DNA of 64,000 nucleotides from an uncultured Acidobacteriota bacterium. GTDB lineage: Bacteria > Acidobacteriota > UBA6911. The stretch is taken from positions 160,001 through 224,000 of the forward strand of contig CAWJKZ010000017.1 in the NCBI GenBank assembly GCA_963843575.1, in the 5' to 3' direction. Made by a program: the position numbers and the translations under genes. Positions 49,156-59,517 of this stretch are shown here, piece after piece (within the stretch, counting starts at the first letter, position 1; every line of letters starts with the position of its first letter). The notes under the pieces are model-generated. The model searched no databases. It saw only the letters and a program-made list of their open reading frames with translations, and was not told where the DNA came from.

Positions 49156-50037
49156 CTATCTGCGGAGGTGGTTGAGCAGCGCCAGGGAAAGACGGGCCAG
49201 GGCCAGGGTGGCTTCGTTGTCCGCGGTCCATTTGCTGTCTGCGGACTCCTGGGCGAACAGGCTCAGGATGTAATCGCCTTCCGGGGCGAACACAATCGCA
49301 ACGTCGTTGCGCACGTGGTCGAGCGCCCCTGTCTTGTGGGCGACCTGGACCTTCTCCCACCGTGCCCCGACCAAGTAGCGCGGGATCTGGTCGTTGTCCG
49401 TCTGCTGCTTCAGCATGGCGATCATTTCATCGCACGCAGCCGGGGTTGCCGCCTCTTTCCGGTAGATCTTTTCCATGAGAAACAACATCTCGGCGGGTGT
49501 CGTCACCCCCAGGCCCCACTTCTTCTGCTCGTCCGGGAGTGGCTCGGTCGCGGGTTTGAAGACCTTCTTGTACAGGGTGGTTTCCTTCAGTCCGAGGACC
49601 CGCATCCGGTTGTTCACCGCGGCGATGCTCACCCGGTCGATGATCATGTTCGTAGCTGTGTTGTCGCTCAGGATGATCATCAGGACAGCGGCGTCCCGCA
49701 GGGTCAACTGCAGTCCGGCACCGAGGTTTTGCAGCACACCGGATCCTTCCACGCGGTTGGCCTCGGTGCACGCGACCACGTCTTCCAGGGCGAGATGCCG
49801 CTCCTGCGCTTGGACGAGCAATTCGACCAGAATGGGGATCTTGATGATGCTTGCGGTCTGCACCTTGCTGTCCGCCCGGTAGGCAACGGTTTCGCCGGTC
49901 TTGAGGTTTCGGGCCGCAAAATAGAGCTGGCCATTGAACTGATCGACGACCGATTGCACTTCGGGCGGGAGCGAAGCGGCCCGCGCCCACGAAGCTGAAA
50001 GAGCGGCACACGCAAGCAGGACGACGCATCCACGCAT
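49156..50037 (-). CDS. Serine hydrolase, class A beta-lactamase-like fold
   Basis: ASIIK (SxxK), SDN, HKTG; signal peptide. Confidence 0.85.
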   Translation of the reverse strand: MRGCVVLLACAALSASWARAASLPPEVQSVVDQFNGQLYFAARNLKTGETVAYRADSKVQTASIIKIPILVELLVQAQERHLALEDVVACTEANRVEGSGVLQNLGAGLQLTLRDAAVLMIILSDNTATNMIIDRVSIAAVNNRMRVLGLKETTLYKKVFKPATEPLPDEQKKWGLGVTTPAEMLFLMEKIYRKEAATPAACDEMIAMLKQQTDNDQIPRYLVGARWEKVQVAHKTGALDHVRNDVAIVFAPEGDYILSLFAQESADSKWTADNEATLALARLSLALLNHLRR

Positions 50038-50069
50038 AACGGCCTCCGTGGGGCGCGGCCGCGCCAGGC

Positions 50070-50170
50070 ATGAAAGATAAAAAGCAAAACAGAACGCAGA
50101 TTCCGCGGATCCAACGGATTCACGCGGATCGCCTGCGGGCGTCCGCATCCGCGTCCTGAAAAATATGTTA
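50070..50170. repeat. Dispersed intergenic repeat (family B), copy 2
   Basis: Inverted near-identical match to 24963-25090. Confidence 0.8.
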
Positions 50171-52522
50171 ATCGAACTTGACGGACCAAGAGACCGGCGC
50201 GGCCTGCCCCTCAAAGGTCGCCTTCAGAAGATCATCCCGGAGCGATTGTTCCACCCGAAGCGATTTCCCTCCGGACTCCGCCTTCAGGCTGGCCGGGCGA
50301 GGCACTTGGAACCAGAGCGTATACGGCTCCCCGGCCACGCCCTGCGACACCCCGGCAAGGTCCTTGCCGTCCCGGCCGGCTCCCAGGCTCAGGATGGAGA
50401 AGGCTCCGGTGATGTGCCGTGAAGTCCCGAGGTATTGCGGGCCGACCTGGCGCGGGTGGATCAGTAGAACCCGGGTCTCGTGCGGCGCGATCTCCAACAC
50501 GACGGTAGGCTCACCCGCAGCGTTCTTGCCAACCGGTACCATCGCTTCTCTCCAGAAGTCGAAGGCAGCGAGCTGCGCCCCGCTTGGCAGTCCCAGTTTC
50601 CTGGCCAGCGAAATCTCCCGGGTCACGGGCATGCTCGACCAGTTGGTGAAGCCTGCGACATCGTACTCGCCGGAGGGTCCGGCTACCTTCAGATCCAGGA
50701 TTTCCGGGTAGTTGTGGATGTAGCGATCGGGCGTGGTGGTCTTGAACTTCGACCAGTTCATGTCGGTGCCACGGCTGAAGAGATCCGACGGGAAAATGGG
50801 CAGCGTCGGCAGCGTGGCCTTCAGCAGCTTCACTCGTTCTTCGGGCAGTTCCGGAAGCACGCTCGCCAGGGAGTAGACGACCCCTGTCAGGGACGCGTAG
50901 GTCACGAGGGTTCTCGCCTCGTGCAGGGTCGTCCCAAAACCCATCATGGGCGATTCCCTGGACTTGGCGACCGAGACGACCGAGGGGGATCCCTTCGCCG
51001 CGGCTTCCGCGACGGTCACGGGAGGGGCCACGTCGATCCCCTCGCCCGGCATGACATACACGAGGATGTGGTTGAGGAACGCATTCGCGTTTATCGAGCT
51101 GAAAAACGCATACATCCCCTGCCAACTGTTGTAGACGTCGTCCCCCGTAAAATAGGAGTTGAAATAGCCGACGCCGTTGAGAGGGGTCCCGGCCGGGCAT
51201 CCCTCTATGAAAGTGTGCGGGCCGACGGCCTCGCGGATCACCTCGAGGCGTTTCCGGTATTGCACGAGCGGGTCCGTCTTGCTGTCGTACACCTTGTCGA
51301 GGTCCACGTTCGGCACGTACTTTGGCAGCGCGTGCTCGCCGTCGAACTTGTAGTACTCGAATCCCCATTCGCCCAAGGTCTTGAACAGCTTCCCGAGAAA
51401 CTGCAGCACTTCGGGATTGGAGGAGTCGAGCGCGGGAGTCCTGTAGTCACGAACGAGCTCGCCGTTACGGTAGCGCAGGTACCACTCCGGGTGGGTCTTG
51501 AGCGCGCCCGCGTATGCATTGGGCACCAGCCAGATCCCTGCGCGCAGCCCCTTGGACTTTATGAAACCGGTCAGCCATGCGGGGCCGTGCGGGAACTTCG
51601 CCTGGTTCCAGTTTTCGATCCAGTAGTGTTCGCCCGCGGGCCCGCGGTCGTAGCCGTCGTCGAGCTGAACGTATTGGAAGCCGTGGTCCTTCAGGTTGCG
51701 CGCGAGCCACTCGGTGTTCCGCACGATGTCGTCTTCCGTGATTTCGGCATAATAGCCTGTCCAGCTGCACCATACGCTCGGGGCGGACCGGAAGTAGCTG
51801 TCGTCGTACCGCACGTGGTAGGGCGCGCCGAGCACTTTCGTATAGTAGTCGGGGAGCAGCCGCACCAAGGCGTTGCCGGCGACGGGCAGGACGAGTTCGA
51901 GCGAGTCGCGCCCACCGCGTTTCATGCCGGTGTTTTGCGGGAAATCGACTGCGTTGTCGGTACTCCTGTCGTACAGGCTGTGGAAATTCAGGCCGGAGGT
52001 CGGCCCCAGGCTGAAGTACATGCACTCCGGGTTGACCGGGGCCAGGTAGGACCGGTTCGCCGTCTCGTTCCCCCCGAACGAGCTCCTGACCTCGGCCGTG
52101 CCGAGCCATTCCACCGGGGCTCCGGCCGGGTCCATCAGCCGGACCACCATCCGGTCCGGGCCCGCCGGGACAATGCCGGTCATGACGCCGGCAGAGCGGT
52201 TGCACGAGATGCGCAGCACGTTGTCTTGCGGCTCGAAGAGCCAGGCGGTCGGGGGTGAATCGGAGAACAGGGTCAACTTGCCTTCTCCCGCTTGCGCCGC
52301 CGACCAGGACGCGAGCGGTTCTACGCGCCCGCGTTCGAGGAGGCCGGGCCGCAGATCCCGCATCAGCGGTCCCAGGCGGGCGTGCTGCACCTGGATCGTC
52401 CCTTGCCGGGGCTGGGCGGAGATGGTCCAGCCGTGGGCGCCGGCTGTGATCGTTTGGGCCCCGGCCGCGGCTGGGACTAGGAGCAGGGCCAACATACAGT
52501 ACAGGACGGGTCGGGCCGACAT
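50168..52522 (-). CDS. Alpha-galactosidase-like glycoside hydrolase (clan GH-D, GH36-like)
   Basis: WCSW, VQLDDGY, KFPHG, GLRAGIWLVP, LDSSNP, YYKFD; signal peptide. Confidence 0.82.
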   Translation of the reverse strand: MSARPVLYCMLALLLVPAAAGAQTITAGAHGWTISAQPRQGTIQVQHARLGPLMRDLRPGLLERGRVEPLASWSAAQAGEGKLTLFSDSPPTAWLFEPQDNVLRISCNRSAGVMTGIVPAGPDRMVVRLMDPAGAPVEWLGTAEVRSSFGGNETANRSYLAPVNPECMYFSLGPTSGLNFHSLYDRSTDNAVDFPQNTGMKRGGRDSLELVLPVAGNALVRLLPDYYTKVLGAPYHVRYDDSYFRSAPSVWCSWTGYYAEITEDDIVRNTEWLARNLKDHGFQYVQLDDGYDRGPAGEHYWIENWNQAKFPHGPAWLTGFIKSKGLRAGIWLVPNAYAGALKTHPEWYLRYRNGELVRDYRTPALDSSNPEVLQFLGKLFKTLGEWGFEYYKFDGEHALPKYVPNVDLDKVYDSKTDPLVQYRKRLEVIREAVGPHTFIEGCPAGTPLNGVGYFNSYFTGDDVYNSWQGMYAFFSSINANAFLNHILVYVMPGEGIDVAPPVTVAEAAAKGSPSVVSVAKSRESPMMGFGTTLHEARTLVTYASLTGVVYSLASVLPELPEERVKLLKATLPTLPIFPSDLFSRGTDMNWSKFKTTTPDRYIHNYPEILDLKVAGPSGEYDVAGFTNWSSMPVTREISLARKLGLPSGAQLAAFDFWREAMVPVGKNAAGEPTVVLEIAPHETRVLLIHPRQVGPQYLGTSRHITGAFSILSLGAGRDGKDLAGVSQGVAGEPYTLWFQVPRPASLKAESGGKSLRVEQSLRDDLLKATFEGQAAPVSWSVKFD

Positions 52523-52661
52523 GTTCCCTCCTCGCGGGATTCGCACCCCAGTGTAAAGCAGAGTCGCGCCGGAAAAAACAGTCGTTACAATCAGCGCGTT
52601 TTCAGCGTCTCTGCGGTGAGATAATAGTTTCCCCAATCCCTGTGTCGTCCGTGGGTGAGCC

Positions 52662-54860
52662 GTGAGTCCAGATCAGTGGTTCGAGATAGCCCGGAACATT
52701 CCCCTGCTGCGCGAGATCAACGCCCCGGCGTTTGAGATTCTGCGCAGGGAGGCCTCTTCCATTTCTCTCGGCGCCGGACAACTGCTGTATCGCGTCGGCG
52801 ACCCGGCAGACTCGCTGTACGTCGTGCTCGACGGCCGGGTGAGGGTCGAAGTACCGATGGCGGATCCCGATGGAACCGAAGTCCTGGCCGAGCTCGAACC
52901 TGCCGAGGTCATCGGCGAACTCGCGCTGCTCCGGGGAAAGCCGCGCTCGGCCCAAGTCCGCGCGGTGCAGGAGGCCAACCTCGTCCGGATACGCAAGGCC
53001 ACGCTGGACCGCATGCTGGCACAGGACGCGGAGTTCGGTAAAAAGCTCGAGGGGATGGCGGCGCGGCGCATGGCCGGCGTCCAGATCGCGTCGGTTCATC
53101 TGCTGGCCGGCACGGAACGGGCCTTCGGCCCTTCGGCGGATCTCGAGTCGAACTGGCTGAGGCTTGGCGCGGGCGAGACTCTCGTCCGGCAGGGGGATCC
53201 TCCCGATTTTCTTTACGTGTCCGTCAGCGGGCGGCTCGAGGTCGTCCGGGAACGTCCCGGACAGGAGGACGAGGTCCTGGACCTGCTTCCTCCGGGAGCG
53301 ATCCTGGGGGAGCTGGCACTGCTCGCCGGCGATCCGCACCCGGCGACGGTGCGCGCCGTGCGCCGTTCGGAAGTCGTGCGGGTCTCGCGGGCCCAGTATC
53401 TGTCAGTGCTGGAGAAGCAGCCGGAGGCGGCCCAGCAGATCTTCCGGAGGCTGGCCCCACGGCTCCTCCCGCAAGCCGCCCCCAGGGCGCGGGGCCGGAC
53501 CAACATTTGCGTGATCGCGTGCGTGCCCGCGCGCCGGGGAAAAGCGTACGAGCGTTTTGTCGCCATGTTCGCGGAATCGCTGTCCCGTTTCGGGGCGACT
53601 TCCGTTTTGGGCGGCCGCTGGCTGGAGCAGCGGAGCGCCGACCTGTCCGATGGCTCCCGGTCCGAACGCCGGCTGGCCGAGTGGATCCAGGAACTCGAGA
53701 ACAAAAATCGTTACGTCGTGGTCGATTGCGGCACGCCCCACGCCAGCTGGAACAAAACCTGCCTGATGCAGGCCGATGTTATCCTTGTGGTAACGGACGC
53801 GGACGACGACCCGGAACCGGAAGAGCTCGAACAATCCCTGTACTCAGGCGAACTCGCGCCCAGGACTCGCCGCGAGCTCGTGCTGCTGCACTCGGGCCGC
53901 AGCCGGCTCCCGGACGATACGCGACGCCGGCTGGCCGCCCGGCCGGTGAGCGCCCACCACCACCTGGCGGCAGGGGATACGGCCGACGCCGGCCGTCTGG
54001 CGCGCGTCGTGACCGGTAACTCGGTCGGCGTCGTGCTGGGCGGAGGCGGCGCCCGGGGATATGCACAAATAGGCGTGCTCAAGGCGATGTGCGAGCTGGG
54101 CATCCCCGTGGACGCCTGCGGGGGCACCAGCTTCGGCGCCCTGATCGCCGCCCAGGTGGCCATGGGCCGGGACCTGGAGAGGATCGTCGAGGTCTTCGGC
54201 GGCCCCTCGTCGAAGGGCCTTCCGGGGCGCGGAATCCTGCGCAACCTGACCCCGCCATTTGCCTCGTTCGCCTCCGGCCGCGGCTACGTGCGGGCGCTGA
54301 AATCGTGGTTCGGCGAATCGGACATCGAGGATCTCTGGCTTCCCTTTTTCAGCGTCTCCGCCAGCCTCACCACACGGCGACCGATAATCGCTGACCAGGG
54401 CCCTCTCTGGCTGGCATTGCGCAGCACAAGCTCCCTCGCCGGGATCCTGCCGCCCGTGCGCGCGGGCGGCGAGCTGCTGGTCGATGGCTCCGTCCTGGAC
54501 AACTTGCCCGCCGGCATAATGAAGGCCCGCTGCGGCGGGCACGTGATTGCAGTGGACGCCGGCCATGCCGCCCCATGCGAGGGGGGAAGCTGGCGGGAAC
54601 CCCGGGCAGTGACCTCGGGCTGGAACCTGCTCTGGAGACGCTCACTGCGGCGCCCCGAGCCGGTGCCGGGCTTTCTTGAGACGCTGTGGAGCAGCTCCAC
54701 GATGGCAGGTGCCCGCGGCGATGCGGACGTCTATCTCCTCCCGCCTGCCGCGCACATCGGGACCTTCGAATGGAAGCGCGCCCGGGAAGGGGTCGAGATC
54801 GGGTACCGCTACGCCCTCGAGAAGCTCGCCGAGCGGCAGGAGTTGCCCCGCATCCGCTGA
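52662..54860 (+). CDS. Patatin-like phospholipase with two cNMP-binding domains (NTE family)
   Basis: Two GELALL..R/HxAxVRA cNMP motifs; GGGGARG, GTSFG (GxSxG), VDGS. Confidence 0.9.
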   Translation: MSPDQWFEIARNIPLLREINAPAFEILRREASSISLGAGQLLYRVGDPADSLYVVLDGRVRVEVPMADPDGTEVLAELEPAEVIGELALLRGKPRSAQVRAVQEANLVRIRKATLDRMLAQDAEFGKKLEGMAARRMAGVQIASVHLLAGTERAFGPSADLESNWLRLGAGETLVRQGDPPDFLYVSVSGRLEVVRERPGQEDEVLDLLPPGAILGELALLAGDPHPATVRAVRRSEVVRVSRAQYLSVLEKQPEAAQQIFRRLAPRLLPQAAPRARGRTNICVIACVPARRGKAYERFVAMFAESLSRFGATSVLGGRWLEQRSADLSDGSRSERRLAEWIQELENKNRYVVVDCGTPHASWNKTCLMQADVILVVTDADDDPEPEELEQSLYSGELAPRTRRELVLLHSGRSRLPDDTRRRLAARPVSAHHHLAAGDTADAGRLARVVTGNSVGVVLGGGGARGYAQIGVLKAMCELGIPVDACGGTSFGALIAAQVAMGRDLERIVEVFGGPSSKGLPGRGILRNLTPPFASFASGRGYVRALKSWFGESDIEDLWLPFFSVSASLTTRRPIIADQGPLWLALRSTSSLAGILPPVRAGGELLVDGSVLDNLPAGIMKARCGGHVIAVDAGHAAPCEGGSWREPRAVTSGWNLLWRRSLRRPEPVPGFLETLWSSSTMAGARGDADVYLLPPAAHIGTFEWKRAREGVEIGYRYALEKLAERQELPRIR

Positions 54861-54942
54861 CATTGCGGGGTCCGGAGGCTCGTGGTGGGCTGAAACAAAG
54901 ACCTGCCACCCAACACACTGAAGGCGACCTGCAAACTCAACC

Positions 54943-55105
54943 TGCGGCGGCGTCGAGCCGCCGCACTCCACAAGAATGCGGTTCAAACAGGATGGGACAC
55001 CGAAGGACGCTACCTGTAGGATTCCGCGATTTCCGCGTCCTCCGCGGCTGTCTTTCGAAGTTGGTCCCGGCATGAGCGAAAAGCGGCGCCGAGGCGCCGC
55101 ACTCC
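54943..55105. repeat. REP-like family A copies between convergent genes
   Basis: TGCGGCGGCGTCGAGCCGCCGCACTCCA; 55081-55105 is the exact reverse complement of 11497-11521. Confidence 0.75.
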
Positions 55106-55106
55106 G

Positions 55107-57695
55107 TCACTTTTCGATCAGCGCGTTGAATAGGAGCTTGAATGTGCCATGAGTCTGGGCGCGATGCTGGGTGCGGAACCCGATGAGGATCACTCTCCCG
55201 TCCCCCTGCCTGACCGAAACCATGGCGGCTTTCTTCGCAAGGTTCGGCTCGCCGACCAGCCAGCCGCTCTCGAGCACGTTGCGGTCCGCATAGATCACCG
55301 GGGCCTCGCAGCGCTCGTTGTGATCGCCGGGCGTGATCTCGAAAACCGGGCTGTTGAAGAACAGCACGAGACCCCGCTCCGGCATGCCATAGGCGAGAGG
55401 GTTGCCGTTGTCGAAGGTCGCGCGCAGCGTCGAACCCGGGCAGAAGAACTCTCTCGCGGGCTTCCCGGCCACGGCGTTCCTGACCGGTACACCGAGCTTC
55501 TCGATCACGAAGGTGGACGCCCCGCCGAGCGTCACAAGGGTCCCCCCCTTGCTCACGAAAGTCTTCAGCGCGTCGATCCCCTCGTTGCCGATCCCGCTCC
55601 TGTATTCCGGCGGGATCGACTCCACGGAGCGGCTGCGTTCGCCGGTGCGGTCTCCTGTGATGGCCGCGGTCGAATCATCGGGCAGGATGATGACGTCGAA
55701 CCGATCGGTGAGCGCACCCTTCTTGATTTCGGCATCCATGATGCTGGCGTACGGGAACGAAAACTGTTCGAGCAGCAGACGCGTCCAGCCCTCGTCGGCG
55801 TTTCCTCCCCCGTAGCGCTGGTACATCCCCACCCGCAACCGTTTCAGTGCGTGAGTTCCCTGGTCCGCGTCGCCGGCAAAAGCACGGAACTCGACGCCGG
55901 TCTCCCGGGCGATGTCGGACAGCAGCGTCCGCTCGGCCCCGGGCAAGACGAAGTCCCCAGCGCGCAGACCGCCCGGCGGCCGGTCCAGGCGCCGCACCGG
56001 GATCCCTTTGTCGAGGAGGAGGTTTACGGCCTTGAAGCTGTCGTTGAGACGCCCATCCAGGCTGTAACCGGACGCGGCCGCGGCCGCTCTGCCTGACGCC
56101 TGGACGGGGCCGGTGAATCTCGGCAGGTCGCCCGCGGGCATATCCTCGATCGGGTCCACCCGGACTCCCATGAATTCAAACATCGTGTCTGTCGCCATGT
56201 CGTAGGGGCGGATGGGCGATCCCTCCCGGTCGCGGGTGTAGGAGTTGTCCGGATAGAATGTCCTCCCCAGCAGGTAGCGGATGACCCCCATCTTCGGCTG
56301 CGCCAGGGGGACGACGTACGAACCGGCCGCGTAGGTCATGCCCGCCGCCGTCGTGAAGGGAGCGGCCGCCCGCCGGATGTCAATGCCCTGGAGCAGGAGT
56401 TTTTCGATCATCTTGGCCGCCGTCGACGGGTCGTGTTGCGGGGCTGGGACCACGTAGGCGACGGGCTTCCCGAGCGCCCCGCGCTCCGTCTGCCTGAGGG
56501 CTTTGAGATAGGCGTTCCACAAGACCGTCTCCTTGTTGCGCGCCGCCAGATCGAGCATCGCCCATGCCGATACCTTCTGCCGCTCCAGGATGTCGCGCAA
56601 CCTCCACCAGCCCCCGGGCCAGGGGGAGGGAAACGTCGTCTGTTCCACGTACTCGGGGAGGCCGCGGGTGTCCCCTCTCAACTGGTCCGGGTGGATAAAG
56701 ATGGGGCTGGCAAGCTTGGCACTCGCCGATTCGGTCAGCATCCCCGCGATGTTGTGGAAGGGGGTGATCCAGTGGAAGCCGAAATGGCCCCAACCGGAGT
56801 ACTGCGCCATGTTGAGCACGCCCGACAGACCCGCTTCCTCCTCCTTGTAGGCGATGTGGGCGCCGTACCAGCTGTGCTCGCGCCACACCAGCGGGTCGGC
56901 GTACGGACGCACCGGCTCCGCATAAGGGGGGACGTAAATGCGGGCCCCGTAGCTGCCCATGTGGTGGTGGTCGACATAGGCCTGCGGGATCCAATCGGTA
57001 AACAGGATCCTGGCCATGTACCTCGACTCCACCAGGTTGGTCTGGAACGCATCCCGGTTGTTGTCGTGGCCGGCATACTTGTGATAAAGCCACGGCAGTC
57101 CTGCCCCCTCATACTCGGTTCCGAGCGTTTTCTGGTACCAGTCGGCCACCATGATCGCCCCGTCCGGGTTGAATGACGGGATCAGCAGGAAGATGACGTT
57201 GTCCAGGATCGTCCTGGTCTCGGGGTCGCCCCTCGACACCAGATCGTACGCCAGCTCCGGGGCCATCTGGGTGCCGCCGATTTCGCTCGCGTGCAGGCTC
57301 ATCGACTGGCACACGACCGCCTTCCCTTCCGCAACCAGCGTCTTGACCTCCGCTTCCGACAGCCCCCGTGGATCGCTGATCTTCAGGTTCACCTGCCTCA
57401 GACGCTCCAGCTTGCCGAGGTTCGCAGGGGAAGAAACGACCGCCAGGAGAAACGGATTGCCCATGGTGGTTGGTCCCATCTCCACCACCTTCAGTTTTCC
57501 CGCCGCTTCCTTTTCCAGGACCCTGAAATAGTCCACGATCCTGTCCCAGCGGGCGATCTTCCTGTCGGCGCCGGGCTGGAACCCGAAGAACTTCCCGGGA
57601 GATGTGACGGTCTGGGCGCCGGCAACACGCGCGCCCGTCCAGGCAAGAATCAACGCCAGCAAAACTTCGGTGGTGCGAACGGCTTTACCTCGCAT
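55107..57695 (-). CDS. M14 family zinc metallopeptidase with C-terminal GATase-like domain
   Basis: LHASE, NPDG, GHDNNRD, DHHHMG, TESAS, DEGWTR; signal peptide. Confidence 0.88.
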   Translation of the reverse strand: MRGKAVRTTEVLLALILAWTGARVAGAQTVTSPGKFFGFQPGADRKIARWDRIVDYFRVLEKEAAGKLKVVEMGPTTMGNPFLLAVVSSPANLGKLERLRQVNLKISDPRGLSEAEVKTLVAEGKAVVCQSMSLHASEIGGTQMAPELAYDLVSRGDPETRTILDNVIFLLIPSFNPDGAIMVADWYQKTLGTEYEGAGLPWLYHKYAGHDNNRDAFQTNLVESRYMARILFTDWIPQAYVDHHHMGSYGARIYVPPYAEPVRPYADPLVWREHSWYGAHIAYKEEEAGLSGVLNMAQYSGWGHFGFHWITPFHNIAGMLTESASAKLASPIFIHPDQLRGDTRGLPEYVEQTTFPSPWPGGWWRLRDILERQKVSAWAMLDLAARNKETVLWNAYLKALRQTERGALGKPVAYVVPAPQHDPSTAAKMIEKLLLQGIDIRRAAAPFTTAAGMTYAAGSYVVPLAQPKMGVIRYLLGRTFYPDNSYTRDREGSPIRPYDMATDTMFEFMGVRVDPIEDMPAGDLPRFTGPVQASGRAAAAASGYSLDGRLNDSFKAVNLLLDKGIPVRRLDRPPGGLRAGDFVLPGAERTLLSDIARETGVEFRAFAGDADQGTHALKRLRVGMYQRYGGGNADEGWTRLLLEQFSFPYASIMDAEIKKGALTDRFDVIILPDDSTAAITGDRTGERSRSVESIPPEYRSGIGNEGIDALKTFVSKGGTLVTLGGASTFVIEKLGVPVRNAVAGKPAREFFCPGSTLRATFDNGNPLAYGMPERGLVLFFNSPVFEITPGDHNERCEAPVIYADRNVLESGWLVGEPNLAKKAAMVSVRQGDGRVILIGFRTQHRAQTHGTFKLLFNALIEK

Positions 57696-57943
57696 CGGGG
57701 GGTCCTCCGTCGTCGATGTAGCGCATTTCTATCGCACGACCCCAGTGGCCGGCAAGCAGGAACGCAGCGAGAGAAAAGCTCCCGCGATCTCGCGCTTCGG
57801 ATGGGTCCGCCGAAGTGCGGGAAAACGGGCCCTTCCGTGTCCTCCCTTATTTAGTGTCTTCCGTGACTGGTTTTTTTATCTGTCCTCGCCCTCTCGACAT
57901 GGGTATGCGTCTGGGACCGGGGCGCCGAGCTTCAAGCGAGCGA

Positions 57944-58522
57944 TTACAGGTACCTGCGGACCTGCCTCCGATAGGCATCATATGCGGGGAACCGGGAGAG
58001 GAGGAATTTCTCTTCCGCCCTCGTTATGCGATCGTGCAGGAGTATCGACAGAACCGCAGCCGCCAGGTTCAACCACGAGAACGCATAGACGAGCGAGGCG
58101 CCCAGCAGCAGGAACATCCCCAGGTAGATGGGATTCCGTGAGATCCCGTAGATGCCGGTAGTCACCAGCGACGTGGGATCGTCCGGAAGACCCATCCGCA
58201 AGCTCGCGCCGAGCCGCCGAAAAGCGAGTGCCATGAGCAAGCACCCCGGGGTGAAGAGCGCAAAGAAGACCGCCGCCTGGACGGGCGTGAGGAGGGATCT
58301 GCGGGTGAGCGCCCCCCAGATCAGGCAGAGAAAGGAGACCACCAGCGCGGTCTTGGCCAGGCAGAAGAGGGCCCAATGAATCGGCGGCGATCCGGCAAGA
58401 TTCACAGAGCGGGCGCGGGCCACGAGCAGGGCGAGTTGTACGCCCAGCACCGCGAGGCCCGCGAGGAGCACGACTCGGACCAGGTCGGAGAACAGGTGCA
58501 TAAGGCCTCGAACCGGCAACAT
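57944..58522 (-). CDS. Isoprenylcysteine carboxyl methyltransferase/PEMT family membrane protein
   Basis: LVTTGIYGISRNPIYLG, EEKFL..F..Y..Y...VRRYL. Confidence 0.88.
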   Translation of the reverse strand: MLPVRGLMHLFSDLVRVVLLAGLAVLGVQLALLVARARSVNLAGSPPIHWALFCLAKTALVVSFLCLIWGALTRRSLLTPVQAAVFFALFTPGCLLMALAFRRLGASLRMGLPDDPTSLVTTGIYGISRNPIYLGMFLLLGASLVYAFSWLNLAAAVLSILLHDRITRAEEKFLLSRFPAYDAYRRQVRRYL

Positions 58523-58561
58523 TAGACCCTTATTCGCTCAGTTACGTGAATTTGGGTCGAG

Positions 58562-58885
58562 TGAGAAGCAAGAAGCCAGGAGCAGGAAGCCAGAATTCCA
58601 TCAGTTGCTCCTATGCAGCCTGCAGGCCCGCGGCTGCAAGCAGATCAGCCAAAGCTGTGGAGACGCAAGATACCGCTTGTCGATATTGCAGATTCTCTCG
58701 TCTGACAGATTTGCGTTTCCGCTGAGAGGATTTCACAAACCGGCTGTGATATCCATCTCGGAGCTTCGAGAGCTCATAACGAAGTGAACTGAGCTTATGT
58801 CTTGATGAACCCATTGGAAGAAGTGAGCCGACCACTGAACGCTTATGCACGAGCCATTCTGGCTTCCGACTCCTGACTTCAGGCT
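58562..58885 (+). pseudogene. Possible decayed four-helix-bundle (23S IVS-like) gene remnant with flanking short repeats
   Basis: 58805-58876 reads MNPLEEVSRPLNAYARAILASDS*; flanked by AGAAGCCAG-type repeats on the left and their complement TTCTGGCTTC/CTCCTGACTTC on the right. Confidence 0.4.
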
Positions 58886-59517
58886 TCCGTATCCTGGTGC
58901 TTTTTGGCGGGATATCAAGGGCGCAGCCCCTGCCTGGTTTGCTGGAACCCTCGAATCCGCCACCCCACGATACACCTATCGGGCGGGCCCTGAAGTTCAC
59001 TTTCCCAAAGCCGTTGCGGATGCGGTGAAGGCTGTATTTGGTGATCCCAATCACCATTGTGCGCCGATTCCGTTTGTTACACTCGCGTCGTATTTTGAGC
59101 TTGCGCCGGCGCTGTCGCAGTCGGACGGCAGCCGGGTCAACGGTAGTTGAGAGTGCGTAAGCAGCGTTCGACGCATACATCTGCGCGTCCAGTCGCTGCT
59201 ATCTGCGTCACACCCCTGAGGAAGAGGGTTCTGTCCCCTGCTTCTGCGAACCGTCTCCGAATCGCCTTCCTCACAACCGCTGCCGTGAACGAACAAGCCT
59301 CGCACCCGAATGCTTCGGCCTGCACGACAGTGTGCACCTTTGTTGCCGCGGCTCGCGTGGGACCGATCGGCAGGAGGAGGAAACCACACACCAGCAGTTC
59401 ATCAGGCCCGGCGGCCTTCGAGCTTCTGGGAAAGCCCCGCTCCGCTAGCGCGGAGACCATTCCGTCGAGTGTTGCACGTTAGGTCAATCATCGATCTCAC
59501 AACGAGGTGTCCCGCCC

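Noticed and set aside
49156-50037. Antibiotic-resistance class A beta-lactamase
   Set aside because: SxxK, SDN and KTG are present but I see no omega-loop ExxLN motif; more likely a generic serine hydrolase.
11497-55105. CRISPR array from the palindromic repeats
   Set aside because: Copies are dispersed, not regularly spaced with unique spacers, and no cas genes are present.
58611-59482. Short ORFs in the gap before the Fn3/LamG gene
   Set aside because: Mutually overlapping, no RBS or motif support, atypical composition.
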